Origin: a virus
Length of the DNA: 64,000 nucleotides
IMG/VR virus record: IMGVR_UViG_3300009160_000036
Coordinates: 1 to 64,000 of that record
Direction: 5' to 3' (one strand)
Each line of letters opens with the position of its first letter. The first letter of the stretch is position 1. The notes below the pieces were generated by a model. The model did no database searches. It was not told where the DNA came from and saw nothing but the letters and a program-made list of their open reading frames with translations. The position numbers and the translations under genes were made by a program. Shown piece after piece: positions 49,178 to 59,039 of the stretch.

Positions 49178-49209
49178 GTTGGTGGAGGCGTTGACAGCCG
49201 CCAATCTAC

Positions 49210-49458
49210 ATGCCCGCAAACGGATTATTTGTCGGTCTTCCCAAAGCTACGATTGAAGCCATTCGAGATAAGGCGGTTACGTTTATCCTAGAAGGCAAGA
49301 CTATCATGAGCTACGGGGATGGTTCCACGAATGCCTCGAAACAATTTGCAATGCCCCCGCAGCAGATGTTGCAGGAGGCAAATTACGCGTTGCTTCGGAT
49401 GGAAGGTGGCCGCACAAGAGGTCTTTACACGAACTACAATCGTCTCGTTGACCGTTAA
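49210..49458 (+). CDS. head-tail adaptor (lambda gpW-like position and size)
   Basis: 82 aa between terL and portal; TTGACA-N5-CA at 49191. Confidence 0.6.
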   Translation: MPANGLFVGLPKATIEAIRDKAVTFILEGKTIMSYGDGSTNASKQFAMPPQQMLQEANYALLRMEGGRTRGLYTNYNRLVDR

Positions 49459-51197
49459 TGCCCCTCGAACCCCAGCCTAATCAAAAGCCGCCCGGACTCG
49501 TCGACCGACTCCGAGTTAGCTTGTCTAATCTTCTTAAGCCCAAGGCTTATCAGGGTGCGTTTGAGTCGACGCGTTACAGCGTCCACCGGACTCGTATCGA
49601 CGCTCCGCAGCCAACCGACTTCCGTCAGGAAATGTCGGGTTCGACTCGCCGAGAAATGGTGCGCCTATCGCGCTGGCTGGAAAAGAATAACGGCCTCTAC
49701 AAGCAGATGATTAAGGACACCGCCATTTACACGGTGGGCGAGGGTATCGGGCTTCAGTGCTTGGGTGGAGACTACGATTGGCAGAACGTTGTGGAAGCTG
49801 AATGGGAACAGGAGTGCCTGAACCCGGAAGTCGCTGGACGCTTCTCGATGCTGGAGTGCCTATTCATTATTTGCGAGGCGCTTGACCGAGATGGCGAAAT
49901 CTTTGCGATTAAGTGCAAGACGAAGAACGGCGGTCCGAAGTTTCAGATTATCGAAACGCACAGAATCGAGACTCCCCCAGACGCATCGTCGATGGTGGAC
50001 ATCTTTGATGGCATCAAGTTCGACAAGCTTGGCAGGCCGATAGCCTATTACGTCAAGCAGATGGATGGTAAGTTCCAGACCATTCCGGCGGCGTCTATGA
50101 TGCACATCTTTGACGCGGAATATGCGTCGCAGAGCCGAGCTTTCCCACCCCACCAGCACGCAATCAACAATTTGCGCGACGAGATGGACCTATTGGCGAT
50201 GGAGAAGGTCGCCGTTAAGGACAATTCCCGCACCTCCCGCATTCTCAAGGTCGAAGACCCGAAGATGGACATCGGCGATGTTGGTCTTGGTCAGCCGATG
50301 GGCGAAGGCAGCTCAACGACCGTGAACACCGACCCGGATGCGATGAACCGTATCCTTGGTGGTGTGACCGCAGTGCTCCAGAACAACGAAAGCTTGGTGT
50401 CCTATGCGTCAGCCAGACCCTCGTCGGCTTTTGCCGGATTTATTGACCACCTTCGTCGAGATTCGGTCATGGGCGGGCTTCCGTATGAGTTTGTCGCCGA
50501 CCCTGCGCGGGCAGGCGGAGCTGCTGTTCGATTGATAGTGGCAAAGGCTGGTCGATTCTTCACCCACCGTCAGACAGTCATCATCAACAGATTCCTACAA
50601 CAATACTTCCAATTCTGGTTGGGAATCAAAATCGAGCGCAAGGACGTCCCGAACGCAAAGAATTGGTGGAAGACCGAGTGGGTATGCTGTAAGTCGGTGA
50701 CTGTGGACGCCGGCAGAGAGGGGCAGAACGAAAGAGCTGACCTAGACATGGGCAGAACTCCGATTAGCGATGACTTCCAATCTCGTGGCTACAACTTTGA
50801 AAAGACAATGCGCAAGATTGCACGCGACAACGCGTTCATCCAGCGAGTGTCCAAGGAAACAGGTATCGCAGAGGACAAACTGTGGCGTAAGTCTCCTTCG
50901 GGAGGCGCAGGTGGTCAACCGGGCGGTCCGGGAGCGCCTAAGACAATCCCAGAGGGTGCATTGGGCATCGTTATGCCGGGGCCAGATGGTAATCCGCAGA
51001 TTGTTCCGATTGACCAGATTGCTGGCGCACAAGAAGGCGAACCGCCTGACCCGCTGACTAACACAGACCCAGAACTCAAAGCTCCTCCGCATCAAACAGG
51101 TTGGGTTCCAGCAGAAATGACGGATACTTCTGTTGACACATTGCCAAAACAGAATCCCGGTCTTTCCCGAAACCGAGAACAACCTTACCAACGATGA
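49458..51197 (+). CDS. portal protein, lambda family
   Basis: RWLEKNNG, RDGEIF, DGIKFDKLGRPIAY, GLPYEFV; synteny. Confidence 0.9.
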   Translation: MPLEPQPNQKPPGLVDRLRVSLSNLLKPKAYQGAFESTRYSVHRTRIDAPQPTDFRQEMSGSTRREMVRLSRWLEKNNGLYKQMIKDTAIYTVGEGIGLQCLGGDYDWQNVVEAEWEQECLNPEVAGRFSMLECLFIICEALDRDGEIFAIKCKTKNGGPKFQIIETHRIETPPDASSMVDIFDGIKFDKLGRPIAYYVKQMDGKFQTIPAASMMHIFDAEYASQSRAFPPHQHAINNLRDEMDLLAMEKVAVKDNSRTSRILKVEDPKMDIGDVGLGQPMGEGSSTTVNTDPDAMNRILGGVTAVLQNNESLVSYASARPSSAFAGFIDHLRRDSVMGGLPYEFVADPARAGGAAVRLIVAKAGRFFTHRQTVIINRFLQQYFQFWLGIKIERKDVPNAKNWWKTEWVCCKSVTVDAGREGQNERADLDMGRTPISDDFQSRGYNFEKTMRKIARDNAFIQRVSKETGIAEDKLWRKSPSGGAGGQPGGPGAPKTIPEGALGIVMPGPDGNPQIVPIDQIAGAQEGEPPDPLTNTDPELKAPPHQTGWVPAEMTDTSVDTLPKQNPGLSRNREQPYQR

Positions 51198-52201
51198 TTA
51201 GAAGCGACCTAACTTACGCCCTTTCGACGGGAAAACCCCTTCTCATCGACCCAATTAAGGCGAAGTCGTTTCTGGCTAATGCAAATGCAATTCTCTCTAA
51301 CCCAGAGCTTGCATATCTTTTGTCCCAGCACGTTTCTGGTAAATCCTATCAACCGAAGAAGGACGTTGGTCCCAAGGGTAAGCGTTTTGCGGCATCTGAA
51401 GACGACGATATGGACACGATGGCTGGCGCAACCGGCATTTCCGTCCCCACCCGCCCTTACATCCGTGATGGTATCGGGATTATTCCCGTCCGTGGGGTAA
51501 TCGGAAAGTGCCTTAGCCCTCTTGAGGCGATGCTTGGATGCGCGGACATCGACACGATTGCCAAGACCCTAGATGAGTGGAAGGACAACGATAACATCTT
51601 TGAGGTCATCCTTAACATTGATTCTGGCGGTGGTTCTACCACCGGATTAGAAGAACTTGCCAAGAAAATCCGCAATTACGAAAAGCCGACCATCGGTTTT
51701 TCGGATTCCGATATGGGTTCAGCCGCTTTCTGGATTGGCTCGCAGTGCAAACGCCTAGTGGTGACGTCCAGCTCCTCGATTGGAGCTTGTGGCGTCTACA
51801 TTACGATGAATGACGACCGAAAGAAGTATGAAAAAGAAGGCCGCGAGGTCGTAGTCATAAAATCCGGCAAGTATAAAGCGGCAGGCGTGGAAGGCACCAG
51901 CCTTACCCCTGACCAAATCAATGCCCTACAAGACGAAGTGGACGAGCTGCACCAACGGTTCATCCGTGACGTAGTGGCAGTCCGGCAGTTTGCGCACCTT
52001 GAAGACCTTCAGGGTCAGTCCTTCTATGGCGATAAAGCCGTGGCACGCGGACTATGCACGGGATTGGTGGACTCCTTCGAGGACCTCGTTGAAAGCATCA
52101 AGGCAACCCGCCGAGTGGCACAGAGAACTACACTCCCTTCCCTTTACTCCCAACCCACGTATCCTACCTCTTATGAGGGCATCCAACCGTACGGAGGTTG
52201 A
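51194..52201 (+). CDS. S49 (SppA/gpC-like) prohead protease
   Basis: NIDSGGG, MGSAAFWIGS, IGACGV, SGKYK. Confidence 0.9.
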   Translation: MIRSDLTYALSTGKPLLIDPIKAKSFLANANAILSNPELAYLLSQHVSGKSYQPKKDVGPKGKRFAASEDDDMDTMAGATGISVPTRPYIRDGIGIIPVRGVIGKCLSPLEAMLGCADIDTIAKTLDEWKDNDNIFEVILNIDSGGGSTTGLEELAKKIRNYEKPTIGFSDSDMGSAAFWIGSQCKRLVVTSSSSIGACGVYITMNDDRKKYEKEGREVVVIKSGKYKAAGVEGTSLTPDQINALQDEVDELHQRFIRDVVAVRQFAHLEDLQGQSFYGDKAVARGLCTGLVDSFEDLVESIKATRRVAQRTTLPSLYSQPTYPTSYEGIQPYGG

Positions 52202-52230
52202 CAATTTCAAATCTTTAACAATCCCAAACT

Positions 52231-53898
52231 ATGAGCAATAAGTCCGTCGAAACCCAACTCAAGGAAGCCATCGAGGCCTCCAAGCAGACCCTCGCCCTCT
52301 CCGAACAGGTGACTTCGCTCGCCCAAGAGAAGGATGCGCTCTCGAAGCGCCTCGCTGAAATCGAAACTTCCCTCTCCTCCCCAAAGGCTTCCGAGCCGGT
52401 CGCAACCGACCCCCTCATCATCGCCAAGCTGGGAGAACTGCTCGCTGAACGCGAAGCCTCTGCCAAGCTGATTAAGGCTCTGTCCGAAAAGACCGACGCC
52501 GCCCTCGCCTATGCCACCAAGGTTGAGAAGGAAGCCGCCAAGAAGGCCGACCTCAACGAATACGTGAAGCAGAAGATTGAAGACGGCGAAGAAGGCAACA
52601 CCCCCGCAGAGAAGATTAACAACTCTGGCAAGGGTAAGTCCAAGGCCGAAATGCCCCAGTTCATCAAGGACAAGATTGAAGAAAAGGAAGAAGAGTCCGA
52701 AGAAGAAGCTTGTGGTCCTATGAAGTCCAAGAAGGGCAAGGCCAAAGCTGCCAAGGCCTCTTTCGATGACGAAGACGGCGATTTTGGTGACCTCGACGAC
52801 GAAGAAGTGATGCTCATCAAGCAGTATCGCAACTCGTCCAAGACGACCGCCAAGCCGAGCGCTGATTCGACCCTCAAGTCTCCCCTCAAGGAAGAGAAGA
52901 AGGATTTCGGCGACATTATCCCGCAACCCGGTCTCGACCCTAACAAGAACAACGTCAACAAGGACAACACTACCTCTACTGGTATTAAGCTCGCGTCCAA
53001 GGCCTCCAAGAAGGGCGAAACCGACGTTGAAGAAATCATGGAGTCTCCTGATGTCCAAAAGGACGAAGGCGAAGAACATACCCACGAGCAGACCCTATCC
53101 ACACCTGAAAAGGGTGCTAAGAAGGGCAAGAAGGCCGAAGAAGCTTCTCTCGAACCCCAAGCCGCTACTGCCGCCAAGGGCGAAGCCCTCCCGCAGGCCG
53201 TTATGGATTACATCAAGCAGCTCGTCGAAAAGGAAAAGCAGGCTAATTCCCTCCCCGGAATTGGCAAGCACGACGTTGTTGGTCAGCCCGACCAAGACGG
53301 CGAAGAGTCTGTCCTAAACAAGAAGGATGGCAAGAAAGCCGAGTCCATCGAAAAGTGCGTCAAGGACAACTGTGCTGACGATACCACCAAGGTTCACGAA
53401 GACGGCTGTGCCCCGACCAAGGGTAACACTACCCCTGTCGGCGACCTCCAGCCCCTCGCTGCCGAAGCCCCTAAGTCCTTTGATAACGTTGTCGAAGCCG
53501 CCGTTGAGCGTTTCGCCACGGTTGCCAAGGCAAAGAAGGAAGCCGAAGAACAGCTTTCCAAGATGGGCGAGACTCTTGCCCTCGAAAAGAACGCCAAGAC
53601 GGAAGCCTATGCGGCCGTTGCCCAGCTCCAAGCCAAGTTTGAAGCCCTGATGGGTAAGGTTGCCCAGATTGAAGCCTCTGACAAGTCCATCGAAATGAAG
53701 GCCGCCAAGATTGTCTCTGCCTCTGCCTCCGAAGCAGTGGCTGTGGGTATGGACTCTGCCGGTATCAAGACCGACCAAGAAGTGATGAATCAGTTCGAGG
53801 CTATCTCCGATGCCCGTGAGAAGAACAAGTTCTTCATGGCTAACCGCAAGGTTATCGAAGGCGTTGCGATGAGCAACCTCAAGCGTCGCTCCCGCTAA
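52231..53898 (+). CDS. scaffolding/core protein (charged, coiled-coil)
   Basis: position between protease and capsid; K/E/A-rich. Confidence 0.65.
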   Translation: MSNKSVETQLKEAIEASKQTLALSEQVTSLAQEKDALSKRLAEIETSLSSPKASEPVATDPLIIAKLGELLAEREASAKLIKALSEKTDAALAYATKVEKEAAKKADLNEYVKQKIEDGEEGNTPAEKINNSGKGKSKAEMPQFIKDKIEEKEEESEEEACGPMKSKKGKAKAAKASFDDEDGDFGDLDDEEVMLIKQYRNSSKTTAKPSADSTLKSPLKEEKKDFGDIIPQPGLDPNKNNVNKDNTTSTGIKLASKASKKGETDVEEIMESPDVQKDEGEEHTHEQTLSTPEKGAKKGKKAEEASLEPQAATAAKGEALPQAVMDYIKQLVEKEKQANSLPGIGKHDVVGQPDQDGEESVLNKKDGKKAESIEKCVKDNCADDTTKVHEDGCAPTKGNTTPVGDLQPLAAEAPKSFDNVVEAAVERFATVAKAKKEAEEQLSKMGETLALEKNAKTEAYAAVAQLQAKFEALMGKVAQIEASDKSIEMKAAKIVSASASEAVAVGMDSAGIKTDQEVMNQFEAISDAREKNKFFMANRKVIEGVAMSNLKRRSR

Positions 53899-53925
53899 TT
53901 CTTAACACCTAATACACACAATACT

Positions 53926-54654
53926 ATGGCAAGAGGATTTGGCGGCGGTTATGCTCGTGGCACTAATGTCGCTACCGGTGAACTTATCGGTGGCGGTGCT
54001 GCGGGCGGCGGTGCTGGTGGCGTCCGTCGTGATGCCGAAGTGACTGCATCCCAGCGCTCGGTTTCTTCTGGTGGCGACGTCAAAGAGGCTATTGCCCGCG
54101 TCCAGAACGCTGGTGGTGGCGAGATTAAGCTGAACAAGGACCAAGTGGCTGATGCCCTATCGTTGCGCCGTGGCGTGGCTGTGGGACCGAATGGCGCTCT
54201 GATGCTTGATATGGGTAAGATTTCCAACTCTGACCTCCTCAAGGGGCAGATTAAGATGTTTGATGCCAATGGTAAGGAAATGAAGATGGAGCGCACCGTG
54301 ACCGTCCAGATTGTCGAAAACGGCATCTCTGGATTCCGCGTTGGCACTGCCGGTGGCACTTTCCAGCCTGCTCGTGCTAAGGCCGAAATCACCGAAGAGC
54401 AGCGTCAAGCTATTCTGGGTGCAAACCTACCGCTCCAACTCCGCGGCGCTCGCTTCAATCAGTCTGGCCAAATCAATGGCTTCAAGATTAACCCTGAGCA
54501 GTTTGATAAGCCGACGCGTGCGGTTCTCTACAAAAACTCTGGTCCCGATGGCACGATGCGTTTCTCGCCTAATTCTCCGGTTGGCAAAGCCCTTCAGGGT
54601 CAGCTCGGCGATAGCGGCATCAGCATCCAGAAGCTTAACAACCTCCTCGGCTAA
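53926..54654 (+). CDS. MARGY-leader protein 20 (MARGFGGGYARG) inside the head operon
   Basis: leader variant; located between scaffold and MCP. Confidence 0.75.
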   Translation: MARGFGGGYARGTNVATGELIGGGAAGGGAGGVRRDAEVTASQRSVSSGGDVKEAIARVQNAGGGEIKLNKDQVADALSLRRGVAVGPNGALMLDMGKISNSDLLKGQIKMFDANGKEMKMERTVTVQIVENGISGFRVGTAGGTFQPARAKAEITEEQRQAILGANLPLQLRGARFNQSGQINGFKINPEQFDKPTRAVLYKNSGPDGTMRFSPNSPVGKALQGQLGDSGISIQKLNNLLG

Positions 54655-54716
54655 TTGTCCACAGAGGTTGACAATAATCAAACCTCGAACTTTCAACCCC
54701 CCAATAAAATAATCCT

Positions 54717-55631
54717 ATGAGTAACACTCTCGGTGGTATTAACCTCCAAGTCATTGCGCAGGACAGTCTCACGACCCTCCTTGCTCAGTTCCCCTTGGTC
54801 AACAAGTTCACAACTGACTTCGGTGGAGACATTCTCCAGCGCGGTGAGTCCGTGACTACTCGCATCGCCTCTGGCGTTGCTGCAACTGACATTGCTGCCG
54901 GCGGCTACTCCCGCTCCAATGTCTCCTCCACGGCCAAGACCGTGACCCTGAACAAGCATAAGGGCTTCGTGATGGGCTTCGCTGATGGCGAAGTCGCTCG
55001 TGGCGGTTATGACGTTCTTCGTCGCACATTCATCCGCCCGGCTGCTCACGCTGTCGTCAAGGCGGTCATGGATGACGTCTTCCTCCTCTGCACAGCTGGC
55101 AATTTCTCCTCGACTGGCTACAATGGCACCGTTGCTGCTTTTGATGCTGACGCTGTTGCTGACATCTCGCAGGCCCTCACCGATGCCAACGTGCCTATGG
55201 CTGGTCGTACGCTTATCGTGCGTCCTTCCCTCTACACGTCCCTCGCTAAGGATAACTCGATTCAGGCGCAGTATGCTTCCGGCACCAATGCTCCTCTGAC
55301 CGAGAACCTTCTGCCTCGTATCCACGGCTTTGAAATCAATCAATACACGGCTCTGCCTAACGGTGGCGTCTCTGGTTTCGGTGCTCTCGATGCAAATCTG
55401 AAGGGTATCGCTGTTTCGCCTGAGGCCATCCTCATCGCGGCTCGTCTGCCTGCTACCCCGACCAACTGGTATGGTAACGTCGCTACTGCGACGGATGCTG
55501 AATCCGGTCTGTCGATTCAGGTTCGTGAGTGGTATGATGGTGACGCCGGCGAGCAGAAGCTCTCGATGTCCATCCTCTACGGTATGAGCGTCGGTAACGC
55601 CGCCTGCCTCTCGAAGATTATCGCTTCGTAA
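54717..55631 (+). CDS. major capsid protein
   Basis: 304 aa, GESVT, VTLNKHK, L..ANVP..GR.LIV, GFEI; strong codon bias; followed by terminator. Confidence 0.85.
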   Translation: MSNTLGGINLQVIAQDSLTTLLAQFPLVNKFTTDFGGDILQRGESVTTRIASGVAATDIAAGGYSRSNVSSTAKTVTLNKHKGFVMGFADGEVARGGYDVLRRTFIRPAAHAVVKAVMDDVFLLCTAGNFSSTGYNGTVAAFDADAVADISQALTDANVPMAGRTLIVRPSLYTSLAKDNSIQAQYASGTNAPLTENLLPRIHGFEINQYTALPNGGVSGFGALDANLKGIAVSPEAILIAARLPATPTNWYGNVATATDAESGLSIQVREWYDGDAGEQKLSMSILYGMSVGNAACLSKIIAS

Positions 55632-55653
55632 GCGATACCCAAGATATTCAAAC

Positions 55654-55678
55654 AGCCCCCTTAATCGGGGGCTTTTTT
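55654..55678 (+). terminator. rho-independent terminator
   Basis: AGCCCCC-TTAATC-GGGGGCT-T5. Confidence 0.85.
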
Positions 55679-55706
55679 GTGCCTTGTTGACAAGCCAGCA
55701 TAGCGT

Positions 55707-55907
55707 ATGGTCCGAGCACCTAAATACGCTGCCGTGATTATAGATGACGGCGACAATCTGACTATCACGCAGTATGCCAATGCTACTCAAGCCAAGGAGG
55801 ACTATCGAGAAGCTCTGGCTGAAGGATACACGGCATACTTTTATGCCCGCCCGATGAAGCGTAAGACTACTTTGGACGACCCAGCCCCCATCGAGATTAC
55901 CGACTAA
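55707..55907 (+). CDS. small putative virion protein (shared post-capsid domain)
   Basis: TTGACA-N6-CA at 55687; similar to the N-terminus of the next gene. Confidence 0.65.
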   Translation: MVRAPKYAAVIIDDGDNLTITQYANATQAKEDYREALAEGYTAYFYARPMKRKTTLDDPAPIEITD

Positions 55908-58627
55908 TGCCTACGAAGCCCAAGCACTATGCGGTGTTTATTCTCAATGAGAATGGTAGTGGAGTCGTGAAGCAGTTCGACACTTGGCAGGAAGCCAAGG
56001 CAGCTTACGCGGCAGAGAGCGCTACGGGCAAGGCGGTGTATCTTTACCCCCAGCCGATGAAGTCTATCGGAGCTGGCTCGTCGCCTATTGAGGCCCCAGC
56101 GAAGGTCCCTGTGACCTTTACACCACAGCAGAACACAGGAGAGTTCAATTGGCCGCCCCACCCACCGCTTCCAAGACCGACAGAACGTGAACCCGGTGTC
56201 GTCGGACCGTTCCTCCCAGAAAGTAATTATGACAAATGGATGATGTATTGCACGGCTCATCCTACGCACAGGGAATGCACTATTCCCGGAAAGGAAAAGT
56301 TTGGAAATGTCATGTCGACCGTATGCTCCTTGGTGGAGGGGGCAACTGTCACCGATGATACTGGCCAACCTTTCCCCGCAAGCATACCAAATCAATTTAA
56401 GGCCGACGGCCTTGGGGGAACATTCGAGGCTGGCCCCCCAGAAGGCGCTCAATACTTTGATGGTCCATGTCAGTTGCCGAACGGTTTTCAGAAGTATGGA
56501 GACACAATTTTCATAGCTCCTGAAATCGTCATATTCACGCTTAAAAGCACCGCAACAGCAGGTCCGGCTTTCCTTGGAAACGCCGTAGTGGAGCGCCAGC
56601 GCGAACTGAAAATGTGGAATGGCGCTGGTGGTTCTGAAGTCGTTCGGACGGAGCATGGATTTCCTGTCCCCGGAGAGCAATATGGAGAGCTTGTCCCAGC
56701 GGAGGATGGAGACTCTATCACCAAGCTCGACGGAAGCATCATCGGGACGATAAATGTCGTCTATCCCTTGATGCCATCATCCGACAGTCACATCGAAGAA
56801 GTTGGAACAGAGATGGAAGACGTGATGGTCAGTATCGTAGAGCGCGGAACAACCGTGAAGTCTGGAACTCGTTCTGCTGACAAGTTTGAAAACAAGTGGC
56901 CTACTATGGACCCAGATAGCGTCGTGTCTAACATTGGATATGACGACCCACCCGGAACAGGAACGGGGGCTTGGTCTATTACCCATGGCCCAAATAGCGA
57001 TGGCGGTGTGAACTTTGAATGGCTACCGGGAACACCTCCCGATGGCAGACCGCCCGCAGGATGGGCTGGTTATGTAAAGCGAGGCGCAGATGGCAGCTTC
57101 GACAGAGTGGACCCCCCCATCCCCACTCCTGAAGGTCAGACTTGGCTGGGTGAATGGGTATACGCCTACTACCCAGATGGGACTATTTTGGATGAGGACT
57201 CGGAAAACTACTACAAGTCAGATGGATTGGGAAGCTACTACGCAGAGTCCAAGAACACGACCCCATGCGACCCAGCAGATACGCTAGTCAATGACATGGG
57301 CAATGACCCGATATTCGCAAATGTCGGCTGTGGAGACTGGGAAGTCGGCAGGCTTTATTACAGCGTTTACGCTGATGGTAATTGCTCGTTCTACTCGGTC
57401 ACCACAAGCGACTCTTACACGCCTTCTGGTCAGCTCTTGGGCAAGTGTGGTGACAACTGCTACTTTACCAGCGGAACAGGCACGCCTACGTCAGAACCTT
57501 CCTCGCAAGCAGGACAACAAATTGGCGATGCAACGACCTCTCCGCTTGAATATGAGGTGGGGTGCGGGACTTGGACTATTGGAACAAGGTCTGTGGTAAC
57601 CCTCTCCAATGGAGATTGCACGACGCGGGAAGAAACGACGGATACCTACAATGAGGGCGACATCGGGACCTGCAATGGCTACATTTATTCCGTGGATAGC
57701 GTTGGCGCGGTCACTTCACGCCCAGACAACCCGCCTCCTTGCCCTGATGCTGGAACGGAAGCAGGCCGAAGCGGCAACAATGATTTGATGTATGATGCGG
57801 GCTGTGGCTCAATTCAGATTGGCTACTACGTCGAAGTCACAATGAACGACGGAAGTTGCGGCACCTACACTTACAACGAGAACACATCCACTCCGGGGGA
57901 CTTTACGACCTGTAACGGCAACATTTACACCGTTGATAGCGGCGGCAACGTGACCTCGCGCCCAGAGTGCGACTCGTCCGGCACTGACCTTGGCATAGAC
58001 CCTAGCGACTCTTGCAACAACTTGTATGCTGACGGAACTTGCGGCACATACTCTAATTCTAACGGCTCTTGCGATGATGATGACTGCGAAGACTCGGCGT
58101 TGCACACGGAAGGCTCCGAAGGCTGGAGCTACGATGGTTGCTATTGGACTCAAGACCCGAATTGGAATTGCGACGCCTCCGGCACTGACTATGGAGTTTG
58201 GGCTGGTGACTCCTGTTACAACGTCTATGCAGACGGCACATGCGGAACATACACTTCTTCCAATGGAAGTTGCGATGGCCCAAACTGCGACTCGTCAGGA
58301 ACCGACATGGGCGTAGACCCTTACGACTCTTGCTATAACATCTATGCTGATGGTAGCTGTGGCACTTACACATCTGACAACGGAAGCTGCTCGTCCTGCG
58401 ACTCGTCTGGCAACTTTGTAAACAGCAGCATGGACAGCATATACTACAATGCGGGTTGCGGTGATTGGTATGTTGGTTCTGTTAATTGGCAGGAATACAC
58501 CGACGGCGACTGCGGGACGTATAAGAACTACGACCCGCCGTCCTACAACGGTTCGGGCAGCTACCTTGGTGAGTGCAATGGCTGGACTTACTACACAGAT
58601 GGCAATGGTGGAGCATACACTGACTAA
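55907..58627 (+). CDS. 906-aa Cys/Gly/Asp-rich repeat protein (putative capsid fibre/adhesin)
   Basis: repeated YADGxCGTY and GCGxWxxG modules in the C-terminal half. Confidence 0.75.
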   Translation: MPTKPKHYAVFILNENGSGVVKQFDTWQEAKAAYAAESATGKAVYLYPQPMKSIGAGSSPIEAPAKVPVTFTPQQNTGEFNWPPHPPLPRPTEREPGVVGPFLPESNYDKWMMYCTAHPTHRECTIPGKEKFGNVMSTVCSLVEGATVTDDTGQPFPASIPNQFKADGLGGTFEAGPPEGAQYFDGPCQLPNGFQKYGDTIFIAPEIVIFTLKSTATAGPAFLGNAVVERQRELKMWNGAGGSEVVRTEHGFPVPGEQYGELVPAEDGDSITKLDGSIIGTINVVYPLMPSSDSHIEEVGTEMEDVMVSIVERGTTVKSGTRSADKFENKWPTMDPDSVVSNIGYDDPPGTGTGAWSITHGPNSDGGVNFEWLPGTPPDGRPPAGWAGYVKRGADGSFDRVDPPIPTPEGQTWLGEWVYAYYPDGTILDEDSENYYKSDGLGSYYAESKNTTPCDPADTLVNDMGNDPIFANVGCGDWEVGRLYYSVYADGNCSFYSVTTSDSYTPSGQLLGKCGDNCYFTSGTGTPTSEPSSQAGQQIGDATTSPLEYEVGCGTWTIGTRSVVTLSNGDCTTREETTDTYNEGDIGTCNGYIYSVDSVGAVTSRPDNPPPCPDAGTEAGRSGNNDLMYDAGCGSIQIGYYVEVTMNDGSCGTYTYNENTSTPGDFTTCNGNIYTVDSGGNVTSRPECDSSGTDLGIDPSDSCNNLYADGTCGTYSNSNGSCDDDDCEDSALHTEGSEGWSYDGCYWTQDPNWNCDASGTDYGVWAGDSCYNVYADGTCGTYTSSNGSCDGPNCDSSGTDMGVDPYDSCYNIYADGSCGTYTSDNGSCSSCDSSGNFVNSSMDSIYYNAGCGDWYVGSVNWQEYTDGDCGTYKNYDPPSYNGSGSYLGECNGWTYYTDGNGGAYTD

Positions 58628-59021
58628 CGCGCTGGCAGCTCTCGGTTGCCCTTCAAATGAGCCTAGTCTGGCTCGCCGTAACCTTGTAGTTGTCGGAGAT
58701 GGGGCATTGGCAGCTCGCCCACACCATATGAAGGAAGGGAAGTATGTGGATTTCCCCAAAGGGGGAGAGGCAATCTTCTTGGAAAGCCTACAAGCGCTGA
58801 AGCCGGGCGGCGGAGCACAAGCTCTTAAGGCGCTTTGCGAAATTGCGGACAAAATTAAAGTCCCGATTATTCTTATCCCAACGGGATACGCAACAGCCCT
58901 TCGCCCATCCCCTCTATCTGTCGAGGAACTCACCGCTTACTACACTAGGTTCGGATTCCAGCCCCTCCGCTCGGTTCGCCCCGGTAAATGGCTCACTTCG
59001 ATTATGGTGCGTGCAAGTTGA
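58599..59021 (+). CDS. GNAT-like acetyltransferase (start uncertain)
   Basis: FLESL...GGG..AL..L...AD...LTAYYTRFGF. Confidence 0.6.
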   Translation: MAMVEHTLTNALAALGCPSNEPSLARRNLVVVGDGALAARPHHMKEGKYVDFPKGGEAIFLESLQALKPGGGAQALKALCEIADKIKVPIILIPTGYATALRPSPLSVEELTAYYTRFGFQPLRSVRPGKWLTSIMVRAS

Positions 59022-59039
59022 CAGTTGTCCACAAACGAT

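Noticed and set aside
52207-55790. Long antisense ORFs opposite scaffold and capsid (also opposite other biased genes)
   Set aside because: Shadow ORFs produced by strong codon bias on the sense strand
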